A stretch of 46,985 bases of DNA from Phoronis australis (taxonomy: Eukaryota > Animalia > Phoronida). Shown piece after piece: positions 23,850 to 37,040 of this stretch. Below the pieces are notes generated by a model. That model had not been told where the DNA came from and did no database searches. It worked only from the letters and a program-made list of their open reading frames with translations. Location of the stretch: positions 254,789-301,773 of the forward strand of contig NMRA01000153.1 in assembly GCA_002633005.1 (NCBI GenBank). Reading direction: 5' to 3'. Position 1 is the first letter of the stretch. The number at the start of each line of letters is the position of its first letter. Both the position numbers and the translations under genes were made by a program.

Positions 23850-24439
23850 TAGGCATCTACAAGCATAAGTTCTTGCAGTGCACACAAAAGCACAGACAGC
23901 AGAGGGGACAAGTTCAACTGCAAACAGAACACCTATCTTCATCTCCAATGCATGACCCCCAAAACATTAAGTGCATGTCCTCCAGACAATAACAAATAAC
24001 CTTGATAACAATATCTGCACTGGCATGTCCAATCTGCTAGGACAAATTAACCAGATTATCCCCGTTTGTCTGAGCTGGAGATAAGTGAAGTGCCAATTAT
24101 GCAGGGTTGGCAACACAGGCAGTCCAAAACATTTAGCAAAGCCCCCTAACTCATTGATTATTGAATAGATTGAAACAGTAACCTATCTAGTGCAAGCAGA
24201 GACAGCACTACAATACAGATATAATTGATTACCTTCCACACTCATCCTAGTAAACAACACATGACCTAGGTTAACACCCTGCAACCGAAAGACACCTTTT
24301 AAAACCTGCATGCATAAAATCCAGCTAGACGAGTACAGAGAAACCTCACAGGAAACGACAACTAGACATTGAATTACATTGGTGCGACAATGCAAATTAC
24401 CACCCTACCATTCCATGATATGATCATTCAATTAAGCAG

Positions 24440-25590
24440 TCAGACACAGCGCTACACAGATAGGGTAAATACCTCACTTGCGAGTTTCTCGTTAGTCAAT
24501 GTGACGTCACCGGAAAAGGGGCAAAACCTGCCATATTGCTCTTGTTTGGCCCCGAGTCTTTGCTACACACGCTAAATTTTACTGGAGTTCTTATGGTGAA
24601 TTTTACGCTTAAAACGTTAACACAACTTAAAAGATGGTAGATGGTTCGTGGAATAACTGAATGGACGAAGAAAATGTGAACTTGTTATGTTGTGCGAAGC
24701 TGTGAACGGGCTGAATTTGGAACTCAACCCGGTCTAGGCCTGAATGCCGCAGGCACACAGGGGCGATAGTTTATCCCCATAAAAAGTTACTCACTTCAAA
24801 ATACAGCAAATAAAATCAAATTAAATATGCATATGCGCACATGGAGTTATAATTAATTAAAACATACCTTGACTCTGGATACAATTTAGTCTACAAATAA
24901 CTTGAACCTACAGTGCATCCATGAAAACCTCGCGGTTCGCTCAAGTTTCTCTCACAGGGCACCATTTTGAGGAAGTTACGTGAAATCACGAACAATAAGT
25001 CCAAGGAACACAAATCTTACAAATTCACTTGATATGTTCTCATGTTATTTTGCAAGTGTCACACGCCAGGTCTCGCGCTTCACTCAGTCTCGCGCTAGCC
25101 TTTGCCACCTGACCAGTTGAACTACTTTGTGGTTATCGCGCGTGAGGTTTAAGTTAACAGTAACCACAATGTGGAGTTGGAATTCTTCGCCAAAGTCACC
25201 TGAATTCCCGTAGCTATGCTTCATCGAAGATATGTTTAGAAGCAGAGAGGACCACTGGAGAAAGTAAGCGCCTAGGTGACAATTTTAGATGTAAAATGTA
25301 TTTTTGACGTGGTAAATCAGTGAGCGGATTTCACCTATCGCCCGTTTAAAATACACAAAACGAAATTAGTACAAAACGCGATAGAACGTATTGTAGTGCA
25401 AATCTGAATTTCATTGCCATAACAGCAATGCTTGTTTGTCATTTTTTTAACTAAACGGCCAACAAGTGGAAGAAAATAACAGAATACACTCTGCTAACGT
25501 ATTGGGCAAATGAGCCAAACGAAAAGCTTTTGCCCCACTTCCCGTGACGTCACAGTTAAGTCTCACGTAATCTCGCGTTATTGTTATTAA
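24440..25590 (-). promoter_or_regulatory. Probable promoter / non-coding first exons of the PY-motif gene
   Basis: Local CpG enrichment outside any recognisable TE; full CREs at 24502 and 25545 next to ETS-like CCGGAA/ACTTCC; TCTCGCG at 25071, 25088, 25571; YY1-like CCATTTT at 24962; minus-strand donor-like sites GAG|gtattt (about 24472) and AAG|gtatgt (about 24867). Confidence 0.5.
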
Positions 25591-25632
25591 CTCGCAAAAG
25601 GACTATTGAGCTGAGGTCATTAAAATGTCGAG

Positions 25633-25773
25633 CCCATGGTACATTACATGCACAATTTGCTTACCCTCCCATGGTACATTACATGCACAACTTGCTTACC
25701 CTCCCATGGTACATTACATGCACAACTTGCTTACCCTCCCATGGTACATTACATGCACAACTTGCTTGCCCTC
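25633..25773. repeat. 35-bp minisatellite x4
   Basis: CCCATGGTACATTACATGCACAACTTGCTTACCCT unit; no spacers. Confidence 0.97.
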
Positions 25774-26009
25774 TCATTCACTGTGTGATGAGAGACACTA
25801 TAGGCAAGTCTAAACACTTAAACACATTATGGAATTTAACTCTGAAAGTATTTTTTCTAAAAGCAAGAAAGCTCGACTTCCAATTTTCTACCAATCTATT
25901 ATTAATTGGGTCACATGACCATGTCGTTAAAGTAAAATTAAAATTAAGCAAAAATGAACATTCGTAGATACAACAACGATATCATTAACATGACATTTCT
26001 TTCGAAATA

Positions 26010-28444
26010 CCGTAATCGTTCGGGTTAACGCCCTGGGCGGTTAAATTGGCGAATCCAAAAAATCGAGGGAGGGCGGTTAACCGAGCAGTGGGCGATTAAA
26101 TCGAAAATCCACCTAAAGTAGGGGATGGGCAGTTAACCGAACATGGGCGCTTATTACGACAGACAACCGCCCTGGGCGGTTAATCTTACCTGGCGATCTA
26201 AATCCCGACACGACAATCATACTCGGAACGCGTAGCCCTTTTCAAAGAGCTTTATCGTCACGTCCAAATGACTGTGAAAACGTTATAACAGCGGATGATC
26301 CTAACAAAGGTTCTCTTGCCCTCAGATTAGTCATTCACTATTAAATTTACAAAATTGCTGAGTAATAGCCCGGTGCCGTCCTGCGGTGCGCAGACAACCA
26401 GTCACAACGCAGCCTCCACTAGAATTAAAACTGTTTCAAGATGTGACCCTGCTTAAGTGCGCGCGTGCAAGCTTCACGTGTTGCAGAGGTCAGACATCAA
26501 ATTTATGGTTACAGTCTCGTACTATATGTAGCTGTCAAGTTCTGAGTTAGAGAGCAGTTTTAAAATTGGTTGTAATAAAAGTTTGAAAAACTTAACTCTG
26601 CTGTTTTTTTGTGTTTGGGATGTTATAGTCGACACTCCGTGACTCAATGACATTTTCAGCGTATGGTTCTGCGGCTAGCTGTCTTATCTCGACAGCCCGG
26701 CATTGCTCTCTTGCCGTTGCGCCAAACATGCTATGCAAAGAAGTAAGACAAGGATCGGGGGTGGTCGAGCCAGTCGTCGATCAAGAATAAAATTTCAAGC
26801 AACTGCATAAATATGTTACAAAATGTCAGAAAACAGCAATGTTTCAATTCATTATTCTAAACGATCACCTTACCAAACTTCGTGGTGGAAAAACATTTAT
26901 TTTTCATGCAAGATGTCCAGATTATCCTATTTATATCACTTGTAATATCGCACTGCGGCACTGTTCGGTCCCGCTGTTATCGCGCAATGTCTCAGTCGGC
27001 TGACAATCGTGACTTGGAAATGCCGTCAAGTAATATAACGGCCTCTTTCAATATGCATCTCGTTTTTTATGGCCAAAGATAGTGGCGGTATTCAGCACGC
27101 ACGTAGGGCCTAAGTGTGAGTCACCTGTCAATCACATGTTGGTGTCAAGGTAACATGCACTCCAAAGTGTGGGAACTTGCACACGTGCACCACTACAAAT
27201 CAGTCACACATAGCGACAGTCCGACGAAGTAACAAAAACAGGCGTGACTTTAAGCTGTTGTTACGAAAGACCCACGGCAGTTCTTTACGATATTCCTCCG
27301 TTGCCAATGTTCCCCAAAACTGCGATGTCAAGTCTATTCCCATATTTCCCGGCTCGATGCTCCCTAAGCCCATCCCTGTAACTAGCTGCGTGAATCTCCT
27401 ACCCACTATCATCAAGCAGTCTACGTCGTAGATATTTCAAACTCGAATGGTAAGAATTTTTGTTCAGGCTGCAAATGGCCAATGTATAAACAAAATTATT
27501 CTGGATGGCTAAAAAGGGGATGTAGAAATGATAATTCACACAGTCACGCTTACATTGGGGCTGACGCAAGAAATAGTAAAGAACAGCCAGCGACATTAGT
27601 TAAATCTGCTAACCAGTTTGACTGAGATGCAATAAGCGAAAAACAAAATTTGACTAGCCGTTTTTTATTACTTCAAGGTCATACACATACATTATTGCCA
27701 ATGTTTGAATTCAGAAATCGACAGGCAGCAACGAAATCGGTAACCCAGTAAGCAGTAAGGCACTTGTACTGTCCGGCTTCGGTCGCCCCACATCCTCTAT
27801 AACCCAGCAGTTATACTCATCAAAAAAATTGAGAATTTGACATCTTTCCGTGAGTTGTGAGGTTTGTTCAAAATACGAGAGCTTCCCACCTTAATAGATT
27901 TTGGAGGGTTGGCAAAACCATTGTCACATTTCTCTGGCCTGATTTTTTCGAATAAATGTTTTATTTAGTGCACTGCAGACGGAAACTCAGCGCGGAAGAC
28001 AAAGTCGCTTAAAGCGGAGGTTTTGACCCCGGCGGCGTTCTTAAACTTTGCAAACAAGGGAAGAAAATCAAGTGACAAAAAGGTTCGAGTATTATGTTTT
28101 GAAGTGAGTTCATGACCCAAGACAATAACTCGTTACCTGTATTGTAATTCAGATTGCTAAACCACCGTCTCGGGAGTCCCGGCGTCGTTCCACTTTATTG
28201 TGATCATCGATCTTTTTCTAAAAGTCGGGGAATCGCGCGTTTCCTTAGCACTAGGCGCTAAATCTTCATTCTTTAAAAGTCGGGGATGGGCACTTAACCG
28301 AGAGGTGGGCGCTTAACTGGAAATCTTCAAAAATTGCAGGGGGGGGGGGCACTTAACCGAGCAGTGGGCGGTTAAATCGAAAATCCCCTTAAAGTCGGGG
28401 ATGGGCGGTTAACTGAGCGTGGGCGTTAGCCCGAACGATTACGG
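26010..28444 (+). mobile_element. Full-length non-autonomous Tc2/pogo-like DNA transposon
   Basis: TA|CCGTAATCGTTCGGGTTAACGCCC ... GGGCGTTAGCCCGAACGATTACGG|TA (23/24 TIR match, TA TSD, CCGT termini as in Tc2-type elements); no recognisable transposase. Confidence 0.9.
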
Positions 28445-29479
28445 TAAATGAGCAAGAAGAAATCTTTGAAATGCTGCTACAGTTTTCTAAATCAACATTT
28501 CGTGTTCATTTCATGGAAATTCAGACATCATGAAAATCACATAATCTTATTTTTATTAAACCCTCATGAAAACTGTACCTTGGACCTTTCAAAACAATTC
28601 CTCAAAGAGTTTTGGAGAATTGTGTATTAAGTATCAAAACATCTCATTTGAACTTTGATCACCCAATTCAGACATTGGACATTGCACAAAATTAAGTGTT
28701 TTGTTGGTTCAGTTTTTACGACACAATGCACAGCAGAAGTGGGACAAAAAAAGAAAATGAAAAAAGAATTTCCCAGCTCATGATGTCTACGTCAACCCTG
28801 AGTTTTCCACCAGTTTTCCAGGATATGGTTTTTCCATTTCCATAAGTAGCCCTAAGGAAACTGGTAGTAATGATTGTTAACAAGATAAAATGAATACATG
28901 AACACACAATGTGACTTCCCAAAATCTAAATTATTGAATGAAATTTTCCATTTTTCCACAAGTGTTCACACTGAGTCTAGCTTCCATGAAATTTTCTATG
29001 GATGGCATACAGTACCTGATTTTATACACTCTCTGAAATGCTATCTAAACTCAACTGTTACCTTGAACAACAGTAAGCCTGAATTCTGAGAATTTATCCA
29101 TGGACAGTAAACACATACCAGTGACTGATTTTTGCTGTCAACTTATTTTTCATAAATCTATAAGCACAGCTGCAGTCTTCACAATGTTGTCTAGTCTAAT
29201 CAAGTGATTAGACCAAACTGACTAACTAACATCCAGTAAGCCTGCCCAATGAACTCCTGAACTGGACATCAATTCCATTACATGACGTGACCGCTGGCTA
29301 GTTTTCTATTAAATTTTGTGATGGGATCGTTTCAGAAGTAGTTAACAGACACAGCTAAGGAAACAACTTAAAGAAAAACAAAACAAAAAAGACAATCAAG
29401 GCTTTGTAAAACTTCACCCATTTTCTGTTTCTACCCAGATTTTGGCTCACTCACCTAAAAAATGTCAGCTAACTAAACA

Positions 29480-31840
29480 AACAAGAGCAAAGCAGGGCAT
29501 TGAAATGTGCCGACGACTGCAACAAAAAGGGTGTGCTGTTAGGGGTGCTTATTGGTATCAAAAATGGCCACTAGATGGCCTAGAATATATCGAATGCATC
29601 TAAAAACATGAAAGTGTCATCTCCTGAAGGATATTAAGCTATTTGCTAAATTTCATAAAAATTAAGTCACAGATTACGGAGGCAAACATGAAAAAAATTG
29701 CCTTTTGGAGGTGCAGCGGTACGGTAGTCCAACCTAACTGACTTTTGTTAAATTATTAAGAATACACTTGGCACATTTCCAAAAGATCATGCAATGGGGT
29801 TTAGGAGGTAAAGCCGCAGAAACAAAATCTCTCTATGGGACAACAGAGTTGTTGGACCCACCTGAAAATCTATGTCAGCCGTGCTCTTGTCAGTAAGAGT
29901 ACATTTACCACATTTGCAAAATTTCATAATGATCCTCCGAGCGAGCAATTTGGTAAATACAGACTGAGGCAGACGACACAAAAATATTAATAACGTCCAT
30001 CTGGTGGCGCAGAATACGTCCAAAATGACAAGATGCTATCGCCATCATTACAGAAACTTTAAAATATATAAAAAATACTGGACTTTGTTTACTACTTCGT
30101 GACGTTACGTCCGTCTCTCACGGACTACAGAACACTATCCCATATATGTCACAGTTTTAACCTTAATCCATTGCGTTTGTTCAGAGAGAGGCACTCGATG
30201 CGCTTGTGAAGAGCTTCTTTGAACCCCTTCTTAACCGAACTTTCTCACAGTCTATGATAGTGACATCGGTATCAAAATCATGTCTGGTGGCACATCAGTG
30301 ACTAAAAATTATGTGTCCCTATAACTAGGGTGATGATGTTGTGACACAGGTATGCACTTTTAAGGACGGTTTCTCCTATCACATACATAGCTGTCTGGGC
30401 ACTTGAACTAAACACCATGGGCTACAGCATGATTTATTGGTCTTAAGAGCCAGTATTCTACTTAAGTTTTTTCTATACTTCGATAACTCAGTTGGATGAT
30501 TCAAAACTTTCATGCTTTTATTACGGAAACTTATTTGTCGAATTTGATAAAAAACCATAAAGAACTCTAAAGATACAGAGGCAAACGTAAAAACTGAACA
30601 TGCTAACAGGGGGCACAGCAGTAGTCAGAACCACTCAAAAGTAGGCAAATTCATTATATAACATATGCAACACTAATCAAACATCCTTCAAAGGAGTAAG
30701 GAGATACAACCAAGGATGGTAAAAAAAAAAAAATTGCCACCAGGTAGTGCCACAGATATCACAACCGTCCAAAAACCAATGCCAGCCAGGGTTTTCTCAT
30801 AAGGAACACATCTGTCAAGTTTTTTAAATGATCCTTTAAGCAATTCAGTCGATTAAGAAACGGATGCCAGATTTGAAAAACTGGCCATTAGAGGTGCAAA
30901 AATATATTGAATCCATACGAAAATGGAAGACTACAGTAATCTCCCTAATAGAAACCTATTTACCAAATTTCACAAGTCAAGCGATGAATTTTGAAGATAC
31001 AGGAGCAAGCGTAATCCGTTGACAGCTCCATCTGCCAAATATCACAAAGATCCTGCATGCAGCATGCAAAGGGTTAAAGAGGCATGACCATAGGTGAAAA
31101 AAAACCCTGCCAATAGGGTATGCCAAAGCAGTCGAACATAACCGAATATCATTGCATGCCACATTCCTCTCACCAAAAAACTCATCTGCCAATTTTCACA
31201 ATGATCCTTGGAGTTGTTTGGCAGATAGAGAGGCAAATGCCAAAAACGGAGACAAAGCTTTTAAAAAAACACAACAAATAGAAAAAATAAAATTGCCACA
31301 AGGGGGTAAACTAATCGTCGACTGGATCTGAAATTCATCATCTGTATTCATCTCCATAGGACCACATCTGCCAAATTCCAAAAAAGTTCTTGTAAATAGT
31401 TAAGGAGAAACAGCTGTGAATGCAAAACAAAACAAAACATAACAAAACAAAATGCTTACTAGGGGGTGCCAGAGTAGACAAACTCGACCCAAAATCAGTG
31501 TCACCTGTGGTCTCCTCATCAGGAACACAACTGCCAATTTTGGTAATGATCCTTCAAAGTTTGGCAGATAGAAAAGTGGACACCAAAAATGAGCTTGAAA
31601 ATTTAAAAAATGGCCACTAGGTGGTACAGAATTGTCAAAGCCATCCAAAACTGAAAAGGTTTAGTCATCTTCTAAATACATATCTATTTGCCAAATTTCA
31701 TGAAATCTATCCAAAAACTCCGAATATACAAAAGCAAATGCAAAAACTATCGGTCCGAACTTCATCGTCATTCCTTGTTAGCTACATAAGAACACATCTG
31801 CCAAATCTCATGAAGATCCTGCAAGGGGTTTAGGAGACCT
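29480..31840. mobile_element. DINE/HINE-like (Helentron-associated) element with degenerate ~135-165-bp internal repeats
   Basis: Begins AACAAGAG followed by a GGCA..TGCC hairpin; about 12 variants of CACATCTGCCAAATTTCA..GATCC. The repeat array is clear; the class is inferred. Confidence 0.55.
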
Positions 31841-32851
31841 TCCCCAGGCAAAATTTGAAAAACTAGATGTAATTGGGTGCAGTTTGGAGCATTATACAAG
31901 TTTACTCATCATAGACAAGACCTTAACCTGAGCATCATGCAATAGAAGTATCTGGGTAAAGAATTGGCAATGAAGTGTCTGGCATATTAGTGTGATCTCT
32001 GTTGAGACACTGTTGTAAATGCACTTGAGTACAACAAACAGTGTTATAATTCAGTTATCCATGACGTGACCAACGTAGAACAAAACTATTTGTAACGAAA
32101 CTTCCGTTGATATTGTCTTGCTAAACATATATTAGTGGATTCGCGTTGGCCGGCATAGCAGACACTGTATAATCCAGTCCAAGCAGAGGAATCTGAGACT
32201 GGTTTCCATTCAATATTGTCATTTTGGCGCAAGGCTATGGTTGATTAAACAGTTGAATGCCACGCACTGCAGTATAATTTACAATACCTTTTGTAAAATC
32301 CAACACGATAAAACGAATGAAGCAGAAAGCGTATTGTTTCTTACCTCATTAGCCAGCCCTGGCGCTTTCCCATTTTAGAAAATTTGTATCGAGGTCGTTG
32401 CCTGGTCCCCGGCTGAAGTTTATATGCATTGTCGGATGACCAGGCAGAAACGAGGTACAAAAGAGGACTGAATGATTGTGTTGAACAGGGGCACAATTTA
32501 AGATCCCATTGTAAAATTATTATTTTTCCCTTTCGATCCACAAACGGCGAAAGGTGCCGTGTGACTTGTACTAATTCATTATTACTAGCCATCATTTTTA
32601 CTCGTGATTCCTTTCACTAGCAATCATTTTTACTAACGATCATTTTTACTAACGATCATTTTTACTAGCGATCATTTTTACTAGCGATCATTTTTACTAG
32701 CGATCATTTTTACTAACGATTTTTGCGTGGCGGTGAAGTTTCCCCATCACCATTAGGTGTGTGGCGGTCAATTTGAGTATGATTTACGAGTGGCGGGGCC
32801 AAAAAGGAGCGTGGCGGGCCACCCAGAAGGTTACAAGCAGGGGAAACCCTG
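31826..32851. mobile_element. Probable hAT-like element, one end visible
   Basis: Ends GGGGAAACCCTG with four GTGGCGG subterminal motifs (32728-32817); left TIR not found, so the left boundary is approximate. Confidence 0.4.
32576..32721. repeat. 16-bp minisatellite x~9
   Basis: ATCATTTTTACTA(A/G)CG unit, degenerate toward the left. Confidence 0.93.
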
Positions 32852-35800
32852 ATGTTATTTAAATAAGACTTTTATTATGAATCAGTCCAAACATAGATTC
32901 ACTTTAAACACCCACTACTACCGCCCCGCTTCTACAGTGGTGTTTTTGAAAATGGCGTTCATCAAGACATACTCAGACACGCACTTTCATTCTGTTCCAC
33001 AAGTATTTTTTGTTGTATTTTCAAGGGACCAATTCCATGGATTTGTTTTCCTTGTTCTTAACCAACACATTCAATACATTTCTATTTTTTTCAAAGCCTT
33101 AAATGAGCGTACGAAAATGCAGAGGTATTAGAGGTGACCCAGCAAATGACCTATTTTTCAGAGTATGCAGATCGACTTGATATCGGTTACAATTGGTCAC
33201 CAACCCAGTAACTGAGAAACTACTGTAGAGTGCAATGCTGTGGTCATGCTCCAGTAATAATGCTGGTAATCAGGCAATCACACCTTTGTGTAGTGTAAAG
33301 AGCAAAAGTGCAGGTCTGCCTCAGGAAACAACATATCGTCAAAATGCTTTGAGTTAAGGAGTGTTTTCTACCACACACCATATTGTCCAGTTCATTAGTC
33401 TAGCTATTCACTCCATTGAACTGCCGTTATTGGGGGAGAAAATTGGATATTAATGTTAAATAGCATGGAAACTGAGTAGGATAAGAAAAAAAAAACAGAT
33501 TCTATTGACAACAGCCATTGATGGTCTTTAGAAAGACATGCACTTTTAGACTCTACTCAGCAAACACGGCCAATCATGATATACACTAGACACAACAACC
33601 TTCCACTAACCACAAAACTAATTCTATTTCACTAGTGAACACTTGGACAAGAAAATATAGAGCAACTGCATCAAAGCAGAGCCAGAAATTGAAAAGTGCA
33701 TCAAAACAAGCAATTGGAAGCACCATAAACTTATTTTTAACTCAACGCTAGTAGCTTTCCGTTTTATTTCTTTTAAATCCATATTCTAATTAAATAAAAT
33801 AAAATATCTTATGGTATTCTACTATTCAAACACAGTGATAGACAGTTGGGATGACTTCAAATGTCTTAAAGAGGCAGCCCTGGGGGGGAGGGGGGGACTG
33901 GCAGATGACATTGGGCAGACAATTTGACTTGGATTTGCATGGACAAACAGACCAACATTCACATATCATTCCTGATAACACTCAGCACTTGATCCCTACA
34001 GCCTACAGAAGGAGGTTTCCACAGTTAATCTGGACTATTACAAACGCTGTATAAATAACCACAACTACTGCACAAATACACTGTTTGCATAGCAGTCTAG
34101 ACCTGAGTTCGGTAGGGAAATGCTGGCAGAGGGTTCATGTTGCTTGGTCAACCAAACCTGGTATTCAATCACTAGGCGACCGCAAAAGAAATGGATCAGG
34201 CCAACACAATACAGTCCTAGCAATGTGGTATTCAGCCCACAGCCACCTGGTATTCAACCACTGCCACTTAAGAAAACACAGATCACACAACAAGTCTGTT
34301 GTGACAAACACACTTAAGACAAAAAGCTCGACAAAAACACGTCTAATCCAGATAATACCAGTCGTGACTATCAGAGCCATATCTGAAGGCAGTGAGATAG
34401 CCATGGAACAATGCAGCAGATTAGAATCTGTGTGGATAGGGTTTACTTTTAAAGATGTGACCCAGCAATAACCAATCACAATAAGCAACCTTCAAAGTAT
34501 TTACACACTTGGGTTAAACAGTGCTGAAAACTTTCAGTTTCACGTCTGGCTGGTATTGGTTCCCCATAAGCATCCTCTTACATATGGCAAAACAGGTGCG
34601 AATGTCATAGCCCATTAATGCAAGTTGCTCTTTCCACAGTTTGACAACCCCACCATGTCCTCCTGGAGAACACAACTTACCAGACGAACTAAACACGACT
34701 AGTAAAAAAGAGCGCAATTTTTGACTGCTACTTCAGCAACCGCAGTAAATCGACTGCTTGTGGGCAGTTGAAAACAGCCGAGCTGGAAAGCCAGAGTGAC
34801 ATTTGCACTGGGTAAACATCTGTCACAGATGTGGAGCCCAGAGGCATTGCTCAACAACTTTTGAGCCAGACGGTTTCAACATTTGGGAAGTAAACAACAC
34901 TATTCCAGACAAAACAAAATGAGTCAGACAACAGCTCAGACACTTCCTGTCAATTAATTAGGAGAATTCAATGAACCCACTGTTTCAAACTACATTTGAT
35001 ATATGCATTTTTCAGCAGTAAGTCTTCACACACAATATCGACCAACGTGTCTGACACAAAACGCACACATACCAATAAAATCGATAAATCGCCGACAGGA
35101 CAAATGTTTTCCTGCCTACCTATGGCACATCACAATGAAACAGGCAAGCATGTCTAACCAGGTAAGACTGGTTGATCAACAGTGACTGTTTACACACAAG
35201 TTTGGCCCTAGGGCACAGACACATGGTAATGAACCACTTTGTCAGAGGTATTCATGCTTTGTTTAGTATACTGGAATCATACAACCACATCCATTCTACA
35301 TATCACTGGAGATGAAGACATAGCAAGCACACAGAGCTAACTTATCAGGACAGCATTTTGTCAGTATGAGTGATTTATGTCTATGTTTAGGTACTTGAAA
35401 ATTGTCACCCAAACACTAAGTGCAGAGAGATTCCAAGAACACCTGGCCTAGCCAGTGAACTCTCACCAGCAGTCATATGTGCACAACTTGGAAACCAAAC
35501 CAAGGGCTTTTTGGGAGATTTACGTTCATGCCTCAATATCATTTCGGTGACTGAGCAATACTATTTCAGTATGATAAGAAGTGATCAGCCTCACACTCTC
35601 CGCGATGTAGCGAGTGAATGACCGTAAAAATCCAACAGTTTTGAAAATAACGGTCAGTCATTCTAGCGACGTAGTGAAATACACTTTGTGACTAAATCGC
35701 CATACGGTATTGGTCATCAGTCAGCGCCACCTCCAGTTTGCTCCATTCGGTAAGATATTTATGGTAGTGGGACTTCACGGGGTGACATTGCCAGCGGTAT

Positions 35801-37017
35801 TAAATTCTTTGTCATCATTCCACAAAATTACCACTGCCAGGTTTTGAGACATTGCAATAATTCGCCCAGGAAAGTCATTTGTCCAATATCTCTGATTGAA
35901 TGAAACTTATGTTTTCACTTTGTCAACTGGACCAGTCTAGCTCACCAAAATTGGGAACTAGGTCAAGCGGAAATCACTTTCATGCTTCTAGAGCTAAATA
36001 ACAGACATTTCCTAGTAATCTGTAGAGGGCTGAAACCAACTGTTATTGCAGAAAGAAAAAATATTAAGGCCTTGATAGGATAAATTAGCTCATTTCCTAA
36101 TTTTAGACATTAAGGGGCATCTTTGGGATGAAGTGTTAACCCTTTTCAACAAGCACGAAGTCACAAAAATTCAACAGGACCGTGTGTCATGTGATCTACT
36201 ACTCTACATGCATACAAGCCACCACTGGTAAAAAAGCCAGGGTGCCACAAAATTGCCATACAGTACACACATATCAGAGCAAGCACTTAAAATACAGGAA
36301 TTCATCTAACTTAAGTTAGAAATGTTTATGAAAGTTATGCTTACAGAAAAATCTCACAAATTTAGCAGAGTAGTGAAATTTCATTCTTTTCATTTCCAAA
36401 TTAAACTCAAATTGCATAGAGTAAATGCTTCATTATTTTTAAGTTCTACATTGTAGCCAGTGTCAGACAATGTGTTGAAAAACTGTGGACATCCCCAACA
36501 ATGCTAGAAGACTTTAAGGATTAAAAAGGTTAATTATATGTCAGAAATTTTACTGTTTGTGATAACAACGGTGTTACTGTACCCTCAAATAATGGATGTT
36601 GAAGAATTCCACTGAGGTCATGCCATCAAAATTTTCCTACTAAAGCCTGCAGCGCACAAAAGGACACGCTTGAGTGCACTCGCCGAGTATCTTCCCACTG
36701 CACCCAATATACAATATGATTCTTGTCAGTGTTCATAAGACCACGCAGCTGACTGATGCAGGTCATGTGACAAGACTGGAGCATAATTTGGAAAATCTTC
36801 CCGAGGCAGACAGGTACGTATGTATGCCTTAAGTTTTAACAGAAAAATATCAGGGCCAGAACAAAACCGTGCTTGTAATTTGTACACAGACAATTTGACT
36901 CTTGGGCATAAAAAAACACGAAACGTGACAGATCTTTGGCACAAAATTCGCCAACCAAAATACACCAGAGAATTTATACAGGGCATGCCAGCAATTAGGA
37001 ACAGCAGCATCACATGC

Positions 37018-37040
37018 NNNNNNNNNNNNNNNNNNNNNNN
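37018..37040. other. Assembly gap (23 N)
   Basis: Direct reading. Confidence 0.99.

Noticed and set aside
25633-25773. 35-bp repeats (also the 30-33-bp arrays at 6096, 21741 and 42805) as CRISPR arrays
   Set aside because: Head-to-tail units with no unique spacers, no cas genes, and an intron-containing eukaryotic context.
34085-34488. Overlapping 107-128-aa ORFs on both strands
   Set aside because: No motifs or splice support; consistent with UTR sequence.
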